NCBI GenBank assembly: GCA_026770705.1 | Contig: JANJGN010000039.1 | Span: forward strand, 3,038,001 to 3,102,000 | Length of the DNA stretch: 64,000 bases | Direction of reading: 5' to 3' | Source: Isurus oxyrinchus | Taxonomy: Eukaryota | In this document: positions 13,300 through 25,399 of the stretch, piece after piece | Layout of the letters: every line of letters begins with the position of its first letter | Position numbering within the stretch: the first letter of the stretch is position 1 | Position numbers and translations under genes: made by a program | The notes under the pieces: generated by a model | What the model saw: only the letters and a program-made list of their open reading frames with translations | Databases searched by the model: none | Told to the model about the DNA's origin: nothing

Positions 13300-15730
13300 C
13301 CTGTTACTCTACCAACTACCTTAATCTATACGTCTCAGGTTCATTATCTTCAATTCTTTCTTTCTAAACAATGTTATCAAATACATTGTTAGATAATTGA
13401 ATTTCAGCACCTTCTCCCTGACCTTTAGATTCCTGTTCTTCATGTTTCAACCTGTGAGCTTGTGCTCTTGTTACAATGCAATCGGGAAGGAACCTAGGAT
13501 GCTCTTTCTGCAAAACATAGGTTGAAAATAACTCTACATATGCTCAACTACAATAGATATCAGCCACATCTGTGATCCAGGAATTACATTACCTAAAACA
13601 AATTGTATCAATGTAATGGGCAATTTGCCACTCCTCAGACAAACAGCTCACCTGTTTTCCACCTACTGTTAACATGTACCTTCCACAATGGACTAGGCTT
13701 AGCATCTCGATGATTCCCAATTATTATCACCTGTTCTGGCAATACAACCTCTGAGCAACAAGTATCACTCTCCGGCAACATTAAGGATTGTCTCGCCCAT
13801 ATATTTCTTTAAATTCTAATATATTTTCCTGCTCTGCCCTATACACAGTGAAAGATTTCCGCATCATGTACAAAATGTTTATACATTTCCACAACCTGCT
13901 CCCCAGAACACGCTTGGGTTATGAACACATTCAAGTCATTCTTGACATATCATTGATTCTTCCTTTCTTTACCGCTAAACAAAACATTTCTTTTTCCTCT
14001 GCCTGAACCTCAGAAGCCACAATAATTTTATACCCAGAAATTTGCTGCATCTGATTAATTTCCTGAATTTTCCCTGAGATTCCCAACACACTGACTTCTT
14101 GTGCCCAACTTTATCACTTTGAAAACACTTCAAATTTGGATTGTCTCTTCAGTCCTTAGCACCGTCCAATTTAGTTTTTGAAAAATAAATTGTTGCTTGG
14201 ATATTGCACCTGCTCCTTCCCTCCCCTTATTACACACAGTACTTTCAGTTTCCTATTTTGTATGCCTCACTTATTTAAAAGGGTGACGAAAAGAAACGAA
14301 TAGATGTAGGAGATAACTTCTAATGGTCAGCTATTTCTGTGGCATGTCTTACCGTTTTAACCCTCTGTCCCTCCACATGAGATCTCACTACCGAAGGAAG
14401 TGAATCTTTTAGTTAATCTAAAACTACTCCTTCTCGGAAATTATTGTGTTTAACTCTTCCAAACTCAGTTTACATTTGCCCAGGCTCCTTTCTTGTACTC
14501 CGAAATTTCTTGATGTCTGCCTCAAGATCCAACTCATATGCACTCAAATATGTATCTTAATACTTCAGAATACATTGAGCTTTCTTCTGACAGTGAAGCG
14601 TAACTATAATGAGCTCCACTCAATAACGTATACCTTAACAACAATGTCAGGTTTACTTCTGGTGAGTTAATCTCTTTATTATCTCCTCAAATGTAACAGA
14701 GTGCGCCTGGACGTCTCTCCCTCATCAATCTTGGAAAAGATTGAACAAATTTAGATAGCTCCCCAGCAGGATATACGTTTTTCAAAATCAGAACTTACAT
14801 CAACATCATATGTCTCTTTTTAAAAACTCTAACGTATTAAAATCAGAACTCTCTATCTCTTTCCTTGAATCTCTCCTCAATTGTTAACGTTTTCTTCTGG
14901 AGATCAAGTTTTTATATTTCCAAAATTTTTTGATATAATCTCTTTTGTTTTTCTTTTGCATCCAATTCAAGTTTTTTTAGTTACTTTGCTTATTGAAATT
15001 CAAGCCTCCTCAATTCCAACTGGAGTTTCACTACCTCCAGCTTTGACACATTAGTTTCAGTTTTTACTTCCAACAGAAAATGTTGTGCTATCAGTTCAAC
15101 TATATCTGCTTTCTTTGCTCCCACATTTAGCCTCAACTGCAACTTAACCAACAGACCTGTTGCTTACCCTTAGATTCTTTTGCTGTAACCAAATGGGAGT
15201 TATTAATGCTATTTCCAGTAACGATTTAGCCATTGATAAGGGCATCTTGCTGTCTCCCAACTTTAACAATACCTCAAGCCAACTCCTGAATTCAAAGCGC
15301 TTCTCGTACCTCCAACCTTAATGTTCAGCTTTTCCAAGCCACTCAAATATTTTCAAATATACAGCAGTTACTCGCCATTTTTTATGATGCGACAATGATG
15401 TGGGCTAGGTGGATGAAACAGACAAAAAAAACTTGTTCAAGCAGTCACAACGATTTGGCAATATGTATTTATTTCGAGATGCATGCCCTAAATTGAGGGG
15501 TTATAAGCTCATAAATTTTTCGGTAAACTAAATTAAACATGCAATAACAACAGTTAGGATTAAAAGCAAATGCATAGGTCTACAAATTAACACACTAATA
15601 AATCCTAAAACGCCTAATTAATTTGGCTTCCATTTACACCCTCGTTAAGGCAACAGTAAAACAAGAAACACATCCCGCCTAGTCACACATCACCCTGGAC
15701 AGAATAATTCAAAGTGGCGTTTTTCACATA
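13300..15730 (-). mobile_element. Gypsy (Gmr1-like) LTR retrotransposon relic: partial LTR, gag, protease region
   Basis: gag start near 15246 (MPLSMAKSLL...GAKKADIVELIAQHF), LSAYELDLEADIKKFR (cf. LKAYELVPEAYRQKFR), zinc-knuckle remnant CFQSDKVGHKKSVCW at ~14082-14130. Confidence 0.72.
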
Positions 15731-16616
15731 AAATAATATCACGAGAAATATTAGATATTCGGTAAAATATGGTTTAAATGGATTTCTAAAATACATAACA
15801 TCAAGCCCTCAAGGAGGATATTGTTTTCATTACTGGACACAACAATTTTACAATAATTTGAAAGCATTTGGACAGTTGCAGAATAATTTCACCACTATCG
15901 CTCTAAGGAAGAGAATTATAAATTACTTAGCAAGATCGTAGCAGTTGAAGAGGGAAAGGTTCAACATGGCTCGGTAGGGAGAGAGTTGATAAACATCATG
16001 GAGGTTTGAGTTTATTGTAAACAGGGCCGAGTGAACTGGTTTGTACATGCTCAAAAGGAATCGGCAGGTTTGTAGCCCAGGGGCCGCTGACAGTTCAATA
16101 ATCCTTGGGGAATGAGATGATGCTCCCTGATTGGGTGAGGTAGGTGTTGATCACCGGGCGGATTTCTCTGATTATGTCAGGCGAATGGCAACGAAATACC
16201 AAATAGGCTGAGTGAATCGTGTTTCACCTGGTCAATCATTCCGATTGGATGAGGTGGCTTTCAACAATGGGGTGCGTGAATTAATAGAGTGGTTGTGGAG
16301 ATGGTGGTTTGGGGTAATGTTTGTGAGTCCCTGGGTGAAGCTCCGGCTTGACTGTGCTACCTGTAAGACAGCGGGCGGAGCTCCCGGATTGGCTGAGTCT
16401 CTGAAAAATATGTAGAACCGATACTTCACGACAGTCTTTAACTGCTGTCTGATCATGGACTGACTCACCCCATAAATTAACATCTTTGTGCAGTAACTTT
16501 AATTCATCAGCATAAACTTGGCACGTTAACATATATAGTCAGGAAATCTATAGTATAATAATTCACTAATTTTAACATATACGAATGTATATGATTCCCC
16601 GACCAGGAATGTGATT

Positions 16617-17030
16617 TTGTGCTGGTTAGAATACATTCATACAGGGTGTTGATAATTGAGTGGATTTAGTGCTGGGTAACGTATACTCAGCAGAGTGTTT
16701 GATAAGTGAGTGGACTTAGTGCTGGTTAAAATCAATTGAGCAGAGTATCGATAAGTGAATGGGATTTAGAACTGGTTAAAATACATTCAACAGAGTGTTG
16801 ATAAGTGAATGGGATTTAGAGCTGTTTAAAATACATTCAACAGAGTGTTGATAAGTGAGTAGATTTAGTGCTGCTGAAAATACATTCAGCAGATCATTGA
16901 GAAGTGAATGAGATTTAGTGCTGTTTAAAATACATTCAGCAGAGTGTTGATAAGTGTGTACTGGTTAAAATACATTCAGCAGATTGGTGCTAAGTGAATG
17001 GGATTTTTTACTGTTTAAAATACATTCAGC
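16617..17030. repeat. ~49-50 bp minisatellite, ~8.5 copies
   Basis: Unit tagtgctggttaaaatacattcagcagagtgttgataagtgaatgggatt, head to tail with no spacers. Confidence 0.9.
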
Positions 17031-18569
17031 TGCCATTTCCATGTCCCCCATTCTTAATGCGCAAATCTCATCCACGATGTGACTAACATTTAGTTCCTCT
17101 TTTGTTTCATGTGTGCTTGAAGGCTCTTTTAATGTATGTTGCCACATTTCTTGCCAGGCATGCGCTAATGTCTCCAACCGAATTTTCTTTGGAAACTGTT
17201 TTGCATGTGCCTACATTATCTCAGTCTTCTGGCCGAATGCTAATCTTGGCTTAATTGTGCACCGTTCCTTTCCAGGTAAAAAACCCGTGCCTTTCTGAGT
17301 TAGCCACGGGGACATCACCCTTAATTTAGTTGATGACCATTCCTAGAATAAACTACTTTTTAATTATGGCGTGTGTGAATGGCCCCCACTCTCTCAGACT
17401 TTGCCTATACTCTCAAAGATTTGCAAACCGTTTAATCCTTAAAACCAACTTACTAATTTTCCACACACATCTCAATAATTTAGTCACCATCTCACTGAGC
17501 GTCATCAACAATCTTTGATATAAAGTTCCATGTTGCTGCATCAGGGTTTTATGTGCATTTTAGTGAACTGGCAGCTGAGGCTGCAGAACAGATCCTGGGT
17601 TGACACAATCACTCATGTTTGTTGGATTGGAGGACACCACCTTTTTCTGAATGCCTGCCTCCCACATTTTAATTTCTTTCATATCCTGGCCATTAGGGCG
17701 CTCCCAATTCCATTCAACCCTAACATGTACCTCCTTTATCAGGGAAGAATCGATATGAATTAGCAGCCGATCACGGCACAAGAATACATAAAGGTCCATT
17801 TATTTTTAATGCTTGAAATGATTTAAAGAAAAGGACGGCAACCACCCTCGGATATTCCTCATCGGGAGACTGGAGTCGATTTGAAAGGACAGACAGTCAC
17901 CATTCCCTGCATCATGACAGAGAAAACCATTCATATCTGATTTTACAGGGATAATCCACGGCTGCCCTCTCCAGAAATCCTCACAAAAGTCACCACTGGG
18001 ACATTAAGGATGACCAGAAAGCGGCACAGAGGACGGCAGCAGCGCGAAAATAAAGCGCCCCCTCCCCTCCCCGGTCACTAAAAGCTGGTTAGCCTGTGAT
18101 GGTCATTATCGAAGGCCAGTGAAACGCTACCAGGAGACATCATATATGGGATTAGCTCACTTGATGTTCAAATGGGGGCAGACTGTATTTGAATGTAACA
18201 GTGATAAATAGTCTGATTTCGTGTCGTTATTCTCCAACAATGTTATTGTGAAAAAGGGTCCTAGACTGACTGAGAGCAGGGATCGAGTCCAACCCGCCTG
18301 ACAGCAAACCCTCAGGTCGAATGTTGCTTTCCAATTTTAGCAGATGGCTCTCTGATCGAGCAGAATGATATGTTCAACATCCCAATAGCAGCACGGGGTC
18401 ACGGCTTCGTTTACCTTTCACTGCAGTGAGTCTAGTGACTCCTCCTAAGGCACTTCCAGACAGGTTACCCTTCTGACATTGCATGTTTCCTGGCAGATTA
18501 CCTTAACTGGGTGATGGATCTTTTGAGAAACTATTGTTATGTGGAATACTGTAACTCTATTGCATTCCA

Positions 18570-19045
18570 ATACAGCACTGACGGATTTCTGCACTGATGG
18601 ACTGTCAGTACTGAATTGTACTGCAATATCTGTGCTTCAGTACTGAGGAGTTGCTGCACCGCCAGAGAGTCAGTACTGAGAGAGCAGGACACCGTCAGAA
18701 GCATCAATGCTGGAGCAGAGATGAATTACAGGATGGTCGGTACAGCTCAAGTGCTGCATTGTCGAAAGATCAGTACTGGAAGTGTGCTGTACGTTGAAGA
18801 CAGGGATAGAGTGAGACAAATGCAGAGGGAGAGAGAATGAAAGACAGAGATTTTGAGAAAAAAAAACAAAAACAAAAATAGAGGTAACAGGAAGGCGAGA
18901 TGAAGAGAGAGTGTGAGAGAAAGAGGTGGACAGCACTGATGGAGCGCTGCACTATCGGTGGGTCAGTACGAAATCATGCTTTTCTGTCAAATTTCAAAAC
19001 CGAGGGGGTGCTGCACACTTGTAAGGGCAGCGCTGAGGGATCATT
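18570..19045 (+). repeat. Degenerate cagtactgag..gtgctgcac satellite/SINE-derived array
   Basis: Recurrent cagtactga/cagcactga...gctgcac(t) motifs; paralog at ~46030-46495. Confidence 0.55.
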
Positions 19046-19049
19046 TCTG

Positions 19050-19510
19050 TTTATTTGTCTCTCCGTCTCTCCCTCTCTTGCTCTTCCTCTCACCTTCCTG
19101 TTATCTCACATTTTGTTTTTGTTTCTTTCTCAACATCGGTCTGTCTGTCTCTCACTCATTCTTTGTCCTTCTCTCAGTCAATCCCTCTCTTAACTCCTTT
19201 TCACGTCCTCTGCCCTGTCACTCAATGTCTCCCTCTCTCCCTCTCTTATTGTACGTCTCTCCCTTTCTCACTGTTGTTCTCTTCCAGCCTCTAGTTCTCT
19301 CTTTATCACTTTCTCGCTCTCTGTCTTTCTGCCGCTCTCCAGCCCAGCATGTTCACCTCTCACTATGCCTCCACCTCTCTCTCTATCAGCCTTTTCCTCT
19401 GCCCCCACTCACACTCTTTCTATCTATTTTTCAACCTCTCTTTGTCTTTCTCTGTCTGTTAAGCAACCTGCGTCTTTCTCTCCTTCTCTCTCTATATCAA
19501 TCTGCATCTC
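19050..19510. repeat. CT-rich low-complexity tract
   Basis: (CT)n-derived; paralog at 46500-46965. Confidence 0.85.
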
Positions 19511-20585
19511 TTTTAGGGAGATCGAGGTCCAGTTGTGCCATCTTGCCCAACACACACACCTCAAATCCCCTGCAACACCGCCCCCTTTCTGCGCTGAATT
19601 GATACCCACTTCCGTTATAAACACTAGCATTCAATCGGAGCTGGCATGCTGCCCATGCACTGATTTCCACTGATACCTCACTTTCACTTTGTTATCTTAC
19701 TTGCGTTGTTGGTTACCCTAAGTCTACGCTGTGACCACATCTCCTCTGACGAGAGCGCACCACGCTGCACTCTGACATGCCATTTCGGCTTCCAATCACG
19801 TGTTGGAAGGAGGACTCATGTCCAATCACTGAGAAGCAGCGGGCGGTTCCACCGGCGATTTTGGAAGTAGGCGTCAGTGGCTTAGTTCTCTGTTCAATCA
19901 GTGCGAGAGAGAAGTATAATGGCCATGTTTCGTCGGCAATGGAAGTGTGGAAATGGCTTGAGATGTGTTTCCTTGTTTCCTGCCTTACCGTGTGAGGCTT
20001 GGGGACGATGGGTTTGCATTCGTCCAATGGGATGGGAGAAGTAGGTCAGTGGTGAACATTCAGGGCCTCCCCTCGCCCCCGCACAGCCCACCCTCCCACC
20101 ACCATCTCCCACACCCCCGCTGCTGTAAAGAAGATAAAATGATTTAATTCTGGAAAATCATGGTTTCTTTGTTCGCACAGTGAGAGACATTTTCCTCCAT
20201 TCAAACTGAGCAATGAACTGATAAAATATTGGAAGCGCTGAGTGATTCTGTTCCTTTGATAAGGACACCTTGAACGCACAAGACAACACCATCCTACCCC
20301 CATTCCCCCGTGCCAGCTGGCAATGTTAAATTCAAGGAGAGAATTCATGAAACTCCTAGTAATTCAATTCTTCCAGATAGTAAACCCACTTCCACCTCCC
20401 AAAAATCCCCACCCCATCTCCCAGCCACATCTGCTGAAAACGTTAAGTTAAATGTTAACATTCAGCAAGTTCGCATTGATTCTTTCTGACCAGTGACAGA
20501 CCCATAGCCCCTGCTGAAAATGTGAAATAATGTCCTATAAATGTCAGATATTCAGCTCTTCTAATCATTGAAATAAGTAAAGAAT

Positions 20586-21463
20586 TTAAGTGAAAGGATA
20601 TTTCAACATTTTCCACAACTGCTTCCTGAACTTAGTCTGTGTCACAGCATAAATCCAAGTGTTTGTGCAGCAACTAAGGAGCTGCAGCATGAAGCCCAAT
20701 TCCATAACAAAAAAATCTAGATACAGGGAATTATAGCCTAAATCAGACAACCGGATCCATATGGAAAACAACATTAGCATTCCCCATAAAACGATGAAAT
20801 TGGCTGAAATATAAAAGAGTAACATGATCGATTTCTTTCGATTCTCCACCGCTGGGTCTTTGGGGCTTTGCCCACTCCTGTGAGGCCGGAGTCTCATGCG
20901 GGCCCTGCTGGTCACTAAAATATACTCGATGGTCAAAATATTGATGAGCAGGATCAGCACAAATGGGACACACGGTGTTAGAATCTGATGGGTGAACTCG
21001 ATTGTTACCCAGGTAGGATTGAACAGAACCTCCTTTCTGTAACCACAAAACGAGGGGAAGTTTACCATCCAGTACTGACCTGTGAACAAAAAATACCAGA
21101 AAATGTTCTTTGAACAGCTCAGTGCAATGACGGTTCCCAGAATCACAGCTGCCGTTTTCTCACTGCAATATTTAGTTTTCAGCTTCGGGCAACAAATGGC
21201 CACAAATCGATCCAAGGTAAAAGTGACAGTGAACCACACAGAACAGTCAGTGGCTGCATAAAGCAGGACAGCATGGATATTACACACTGAGATTGATCGC
21301 AGGAAAGAAAAATACTTATCAAACACAATTGGAATATGCCTCAGTATCAGGTCCAGGATAATGACCAGTAGATCAGCGACTGCCATGGCCTCCAGGTAAC
21401 GGGTAACACAATTGGAGAGGCCACACCTCCGGCGCCTGAGTATCACAATCGTGACCAGGTTCA
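20586..21463 (-). CDS. GPR139/GPR142-like class A GPCR, gene A1, coding exon 2 (end of TM1 to TM7 and stop)
   Basis: Open 292-codon frame with 7TM pattern: TM2 LEAMAVADLLV, TM3 SVWFTVTFTLDRFVAICC (DRY as DRF), TM5 LTPCVPF, TM7 SCCTNTWIY. Preceded by acceptor cctttccttgcag|TG AAC. The track's GTG start uses the G of the acceptor AG (phase 1). Confidence 0.93.
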
Positions 21464-22519
21464 CTGCAAGGAAAGGTAATAAATAATAAAACGCTATATC
21501 ACTCTGGTACCAAGGTTGCCAGTAAAATTGAGATGCGATGGAGATGTGTTACAGCAGCCTCCAGTGTAATGAAATGAATGGTCCAGAAACAAGGTATAAA
21601 AAATGTCTGTGATATAGTGGAAGGCAGGATACATTGAATGGTTAAAATAAGGAGGTGGGAATAAGGTGGAGATGGGAGTTTGCGGGAGAGCGGGAATATT
21701 TGCGAGACAAAGGAGGAAAGGAGTAATCGGGGATAATAGGTGCGCATAGCGGTGATAACAGCGCATGGAGTGGCGGGCGAGCGTGCCCATTACGTGTGGT
21801 ACCCATGGGTGATGGTGGAACTCATGAGTGAGAGGGGAGACGTGTTTGAGTGAGAGCAGCCAGAGGTGATGGTTGCGTTCAGGCAAATAAGTGAAATGGG
21901 GTAATTTTATATTTTGCTCAACATATCTCCTGACAGGAAGGCTCTGCAGTTATGTGATGGAATGTTTCCTCGTCCAAGGATGTTATTTTAGGAATTTCGA
22001 AGAGAGCTTTCTTGCGAATTATCATTTCAAATTAAAGGATAAATGACCATTTCTTACAAAATACGAAATGCAAGTTATAATGATCATGTACACGACAAAC
22101 ACTCATACACCCTCACACAAAAATAATAATTTGCAGAAATGCTGCACATACTTAAATTATTACGAGTGTAGAACAGGAACATCTCATTCCTTAATGAGCT
22201 TAATGTGCTGGTTGTAAACATTGCAGGACTGAGGTGTTCATTCCTCAGCGATTGAAGACAAATGGAGTTTTTAAATATCTGGCTTTTAGTCTACAATGTG
22301 GTGGAGCCTCTGTGTTGAAGATATGTACCAACATGTACAGCCTATCAGCCTCTTTTAATGCCTGAAATCTTCAAAAATGTCTCTTAAAAATATTATTTTG
22401 AAGTGTTTCTATTATGAGCAAGAGTCTCCCTGTCCTTCGATCTTGGTGTTGGATTTCCATTCTCCAAACACTAAATTTTACGTTGTGTACAACTTCAGAA
22501 AATGAAGTTATGTTCAAAC

Positions 22520-24201
22520 TGGTTTCTTAGTGGCACAGCTAGACAACCTGTCAAAGGCGAAAGCATCCAGAATATATCTTACCACAATCTCCTCTTCTCC
22601 TGCAGTGTACTCCGGATTCCTGGTGACAATGCCTGTGTCCTTAAGATGGTGATGATATGAAGGATGCAGCAGAACACTATGAACATCAGCACCCGCTCCA
22701 GCGTGTAAGGGAGGGTTCACTCCCAATGGCTCAGGAATGAGAAGCGTTTCTTTCCCACAATGGCGGGCTGATCCACAATGGCCTGTGCGACTCCATTACT
22801 CTTGGTATTGAGGTGTTATGTTCACCTGCTTTGTTGGAGGTAGGGAATGGCAAAGTTGCATTCTTTTGATCCATGTACCGACGGGGCAGCCTTCATCTAT
22901 GAAAAGCCACTGTGTGCTTCCCTATGGAGCTACGGAGATGCTGGAAACGTCCGACTGCTTCATAATGAAGGTATTGTGGCTCTCGCCAGGATATTGGATG
23001 TTCACCAACGTGATGTACTGTGCATAAATATACATCAAATGGACGTGAATTCAGTCAGAATTCTTTCAGAGCCTTTAACTCTGTCCATTCTAATGGGGAC
23101 ACGGCAGAATTACGTACACCATTGGAATCCCTCTGCCCTGGGAGGCCATGGGACCGATCATTCTGCTTCTCCCTATTAAGGGAGCATAAGTACAAACGTG
23201 GCACCCAACAGAGATGTTCTCTGTCAGCTAATGAATACATAGTTAGACAACATACTGGGAGATAATTAATATAACATCAGCTATTCTCCTGCGTGTACTG
23301 TTCCGAATCCATAGCACTTTCAATGATCATGTGAACACCGTGTCCAAAGACAGCAGCTCCCTCACCCTGGTGTGCGGCCCCAGGTCCTGTTGAAGGAGGT
23401 GACACGGGTCTGTAGCACCTTATTGTTGTGTCAGAGTTATATCCGTCTCTGAACATGTTTTGGGTGTAGGTTTGTAAAGTGTTCCTGACAATCCAGGGGT
23501 GCTTAGAGCAGTGCAACACCTATCCCCCCCAAAAAAATGTTAACAGACGGTCCCCTCCCTATTCACTCCGCTCATTTCGCTCGTCATGGTACAGGTCCAG
23601 GTGCACTGTAACTACATCCCCAAAACCTCTTCCAAGGTTGGGCCTATAGATACTCTATCCTCTCTCAATTCATGCAGCCCTTCACAGCACAGCACCAAGG
23701 AGACCATCTAAAGCACTTCAATGGACTTTGAAATAACAGTGATTAAAAAAAACAACTGCAGATGCTGGAAATCCAAAAAGTTCTGTCGAAGGGTCATGAG
23801 GACTCGAAATGTCAACTCTTTTCTTCTCCGCCGATGCTACCAGAACTGCTGAGTTTTTCCAGGTAATTCTGCTTTTGTTTTGAAATAACAGTAGTCAGTC
23901 AAATTCCGTTCAGCTGACAGTCAGATGTCTGGCCCGTTTCAGTTAAACTGGAAAGGGTGCCTCGTGTTTTTTAACAAATATTTAGCTGAGAGTGATTAAC
24001 ACAGGCTTTCGGTGGACGGGTACAGCCAGTGTTTCACAGGCATGCATCAAACATGCTGAAAACCCCCGGACAACACGGGACACCATGTGTGAGTTTCTGG
24101 ACATGGGATTGATTGGAGAAGCGAGATGAAATTGTGATCAAATCACACGATTGGGAATTTTGAAATTGACGGACTGAAAGACCTGGCAGCAATCTTGGCC
24201 C
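22520..24201 (-). mobile_element. PIF/Harbinger DNA transposon relic (HARBI1-like DDE transposase) in the GPCR A1 intron
   Basis: Minus strand reads SLNREKQNDRSHGLP, then VNIQYPGESHNTFIMKQS...WLFIDEGCPVGTWI (cf. VNARYPGSSHDAFIL..S...WLLGDKGYP..WL), then KKRFSFL...LPYTLERV..FIVFCCILH. Candidate end gggccaagatt at ~24203. Confidence 0.75.
23741..23878 (+). mobile_element. 138-bp Penelope-derived insertion with 14-bp target-site duplication
   Basis: Flanked by tttgaaataacagt at 23727-23740 and 23879-23892; contains a hammerhead-like motif at 23779-23817. Paralog at 51204-51341. Confidence 0.8.
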
Positions 24202-24673
24202 TTGAGCACAGGGATAATTGTGGAATGAGATTTGGCATGGGCAAGTTTACAAAGATTAGAGTTTTGTATGGGGTATGTTTTAAGAACGTTTGTAGCAGCA
24301 ATTGTCTGGCCAGATTAACATTTTAATAGCCGAGTCTGGCTTGGACAAATGCACAGCTGAGGGATCATTCGGGTGATGTGTTGATGCAGCGAGGATAGTG
24401 GGTGAGACTAAATAGCTGGTAGAAGACAGGCTTAAGGATAGAAAAGGTGAGGGCTCACAAATCAGCTCAGGGCAAAATGGAGCATGGGAGTCGAAGACAC
24501 TATGGTTCAGGCTTAGGTAGTAGTGCGGTAGGCGGGTGGAGCGACTGGATATGGAACGATCATTAAAACGGGAACAGTAGCAAATGACTTCCATCTTCCT
24601 GAAATGTAAGAGACAGTAACAGTAATACAGTCAATCTGGTTTAAGGAACAGATTGTTGCATATAGGTTCTTAC

Positions 24674-24869
24674 CGCTGACACCAACAAGATCCAGGATGG
24701 GGAAGTAACCAACTTGGATTAACGAAATTACTCCCTCGATCCTAACAGCTAATGATATCCGATCTTGAGAAAGGTAGTAAAGCCCCGAGGATAAACTCCT
24801 GTCCATTTTTGTAAAATTCCAAGATTTTGTTCTAAGATTCTGATTCATTGTTGTCACGTTCCAATCCAT
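24674..24869 (-). CDS. GPR139-like GPCR gene A1, coding exon 1 (65 aa N-terminus plus first half of TM1)
   Basis: ATG at 24869 gives MDWNVTT...IQVGYFPILDLVGVS, then G|gtaaga donor. 196 nt = 65 codons + 1, so the phase matches exon 2 (G+TG = Val, giving GVSVN). Intron 3210 bp; spliced protein 357 aa. Confidence 0.88.
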
Positions 24870-24982
24870 TATTCTCAGGCTCTGATGTTTTCTCTCCCCC
24901 TCTCAGGAGTCGTTGATCCTTGCGACTGCTGAATGCGACTGTCCCCCTGACATTAGGGGACAGCACTTTGAAATGAGCCCCG

Positions 24983-24990
24983 TATAAATA
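24983..24990 (-). promoter_or_regulatory. TATA-like box upstream of GPCR A1
   Basis: gcTATTTATAcgg on the minus strand about 115 bp upstream of the ATG; conserved in A2 (52447-52454). Confidence 0.45.
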
Positions 24991-25399
24991 GCACTGTGAA
25001 ACCCTCCAGTGACACAATTAGGATCCAGGGAGATTGAAGTTAATTACAGGGACTGAACAAATCGGTTCAGTTAACGCCTTGGATTCCAACAATTTTTGTC
25101 TCACAACATAGTAGAAGATTTACTTGGCGTGGATCGGATGTATGTGGGTCGCTAAGGGATGGAAGGCTGCGAATAGAGGTTTGACTGACCATGACATGTA
25201 AAGGCACCTGGGAATGATATCCGAGGACAGGAGGGTTTTAATTGTTCCACGCTATTTATAAAAGCAGAGTTCCAAAGCAGAATGGAACCTGGATTGATGA
25301 CCTATTTTGAAAAATCATTTATTTTGGAAGCGTGGGTTCCTTACTGAAGGAGGTTCACAGGAGCCTGATTTGACTTTGCAAGATTCACAAAAAAGATGT

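Noticed and set aside
16617-17030. CRISPR-like array (also 41705-42200)
   Set aside because: Head-to-tail degenerate units without unique spacers, no cas genes, vertebrate context.
18900-19673. 214-aa Leu/Ser-rich ORF and neighbours (also 46390-47059)
   Set aside because: CT low-complexity sequence; ORF boundaries are not conserved between duplicates.
20743-21048. Overlapping 101-aa ORF in another frame (also 48203-48508)
   Set aside because: Shadow frame of the GPCR exon, conserved only because the duplication is recent.
21462-21464. GTG start for a single-exon 292-aa GPCR (also 48924)
   Set aside because: The G belongs to the splice-acceptor AG; a phase-matched exon 1 with ATG and the first half of TM1 lies 3.2 kb upstream.
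20586-24869. Assigning the symbol GPR139 (true ortholog)
   Set aside because: Multi-copy divergent family (DRF, TNTWIY); orthology cannot be established without a phylogeny.
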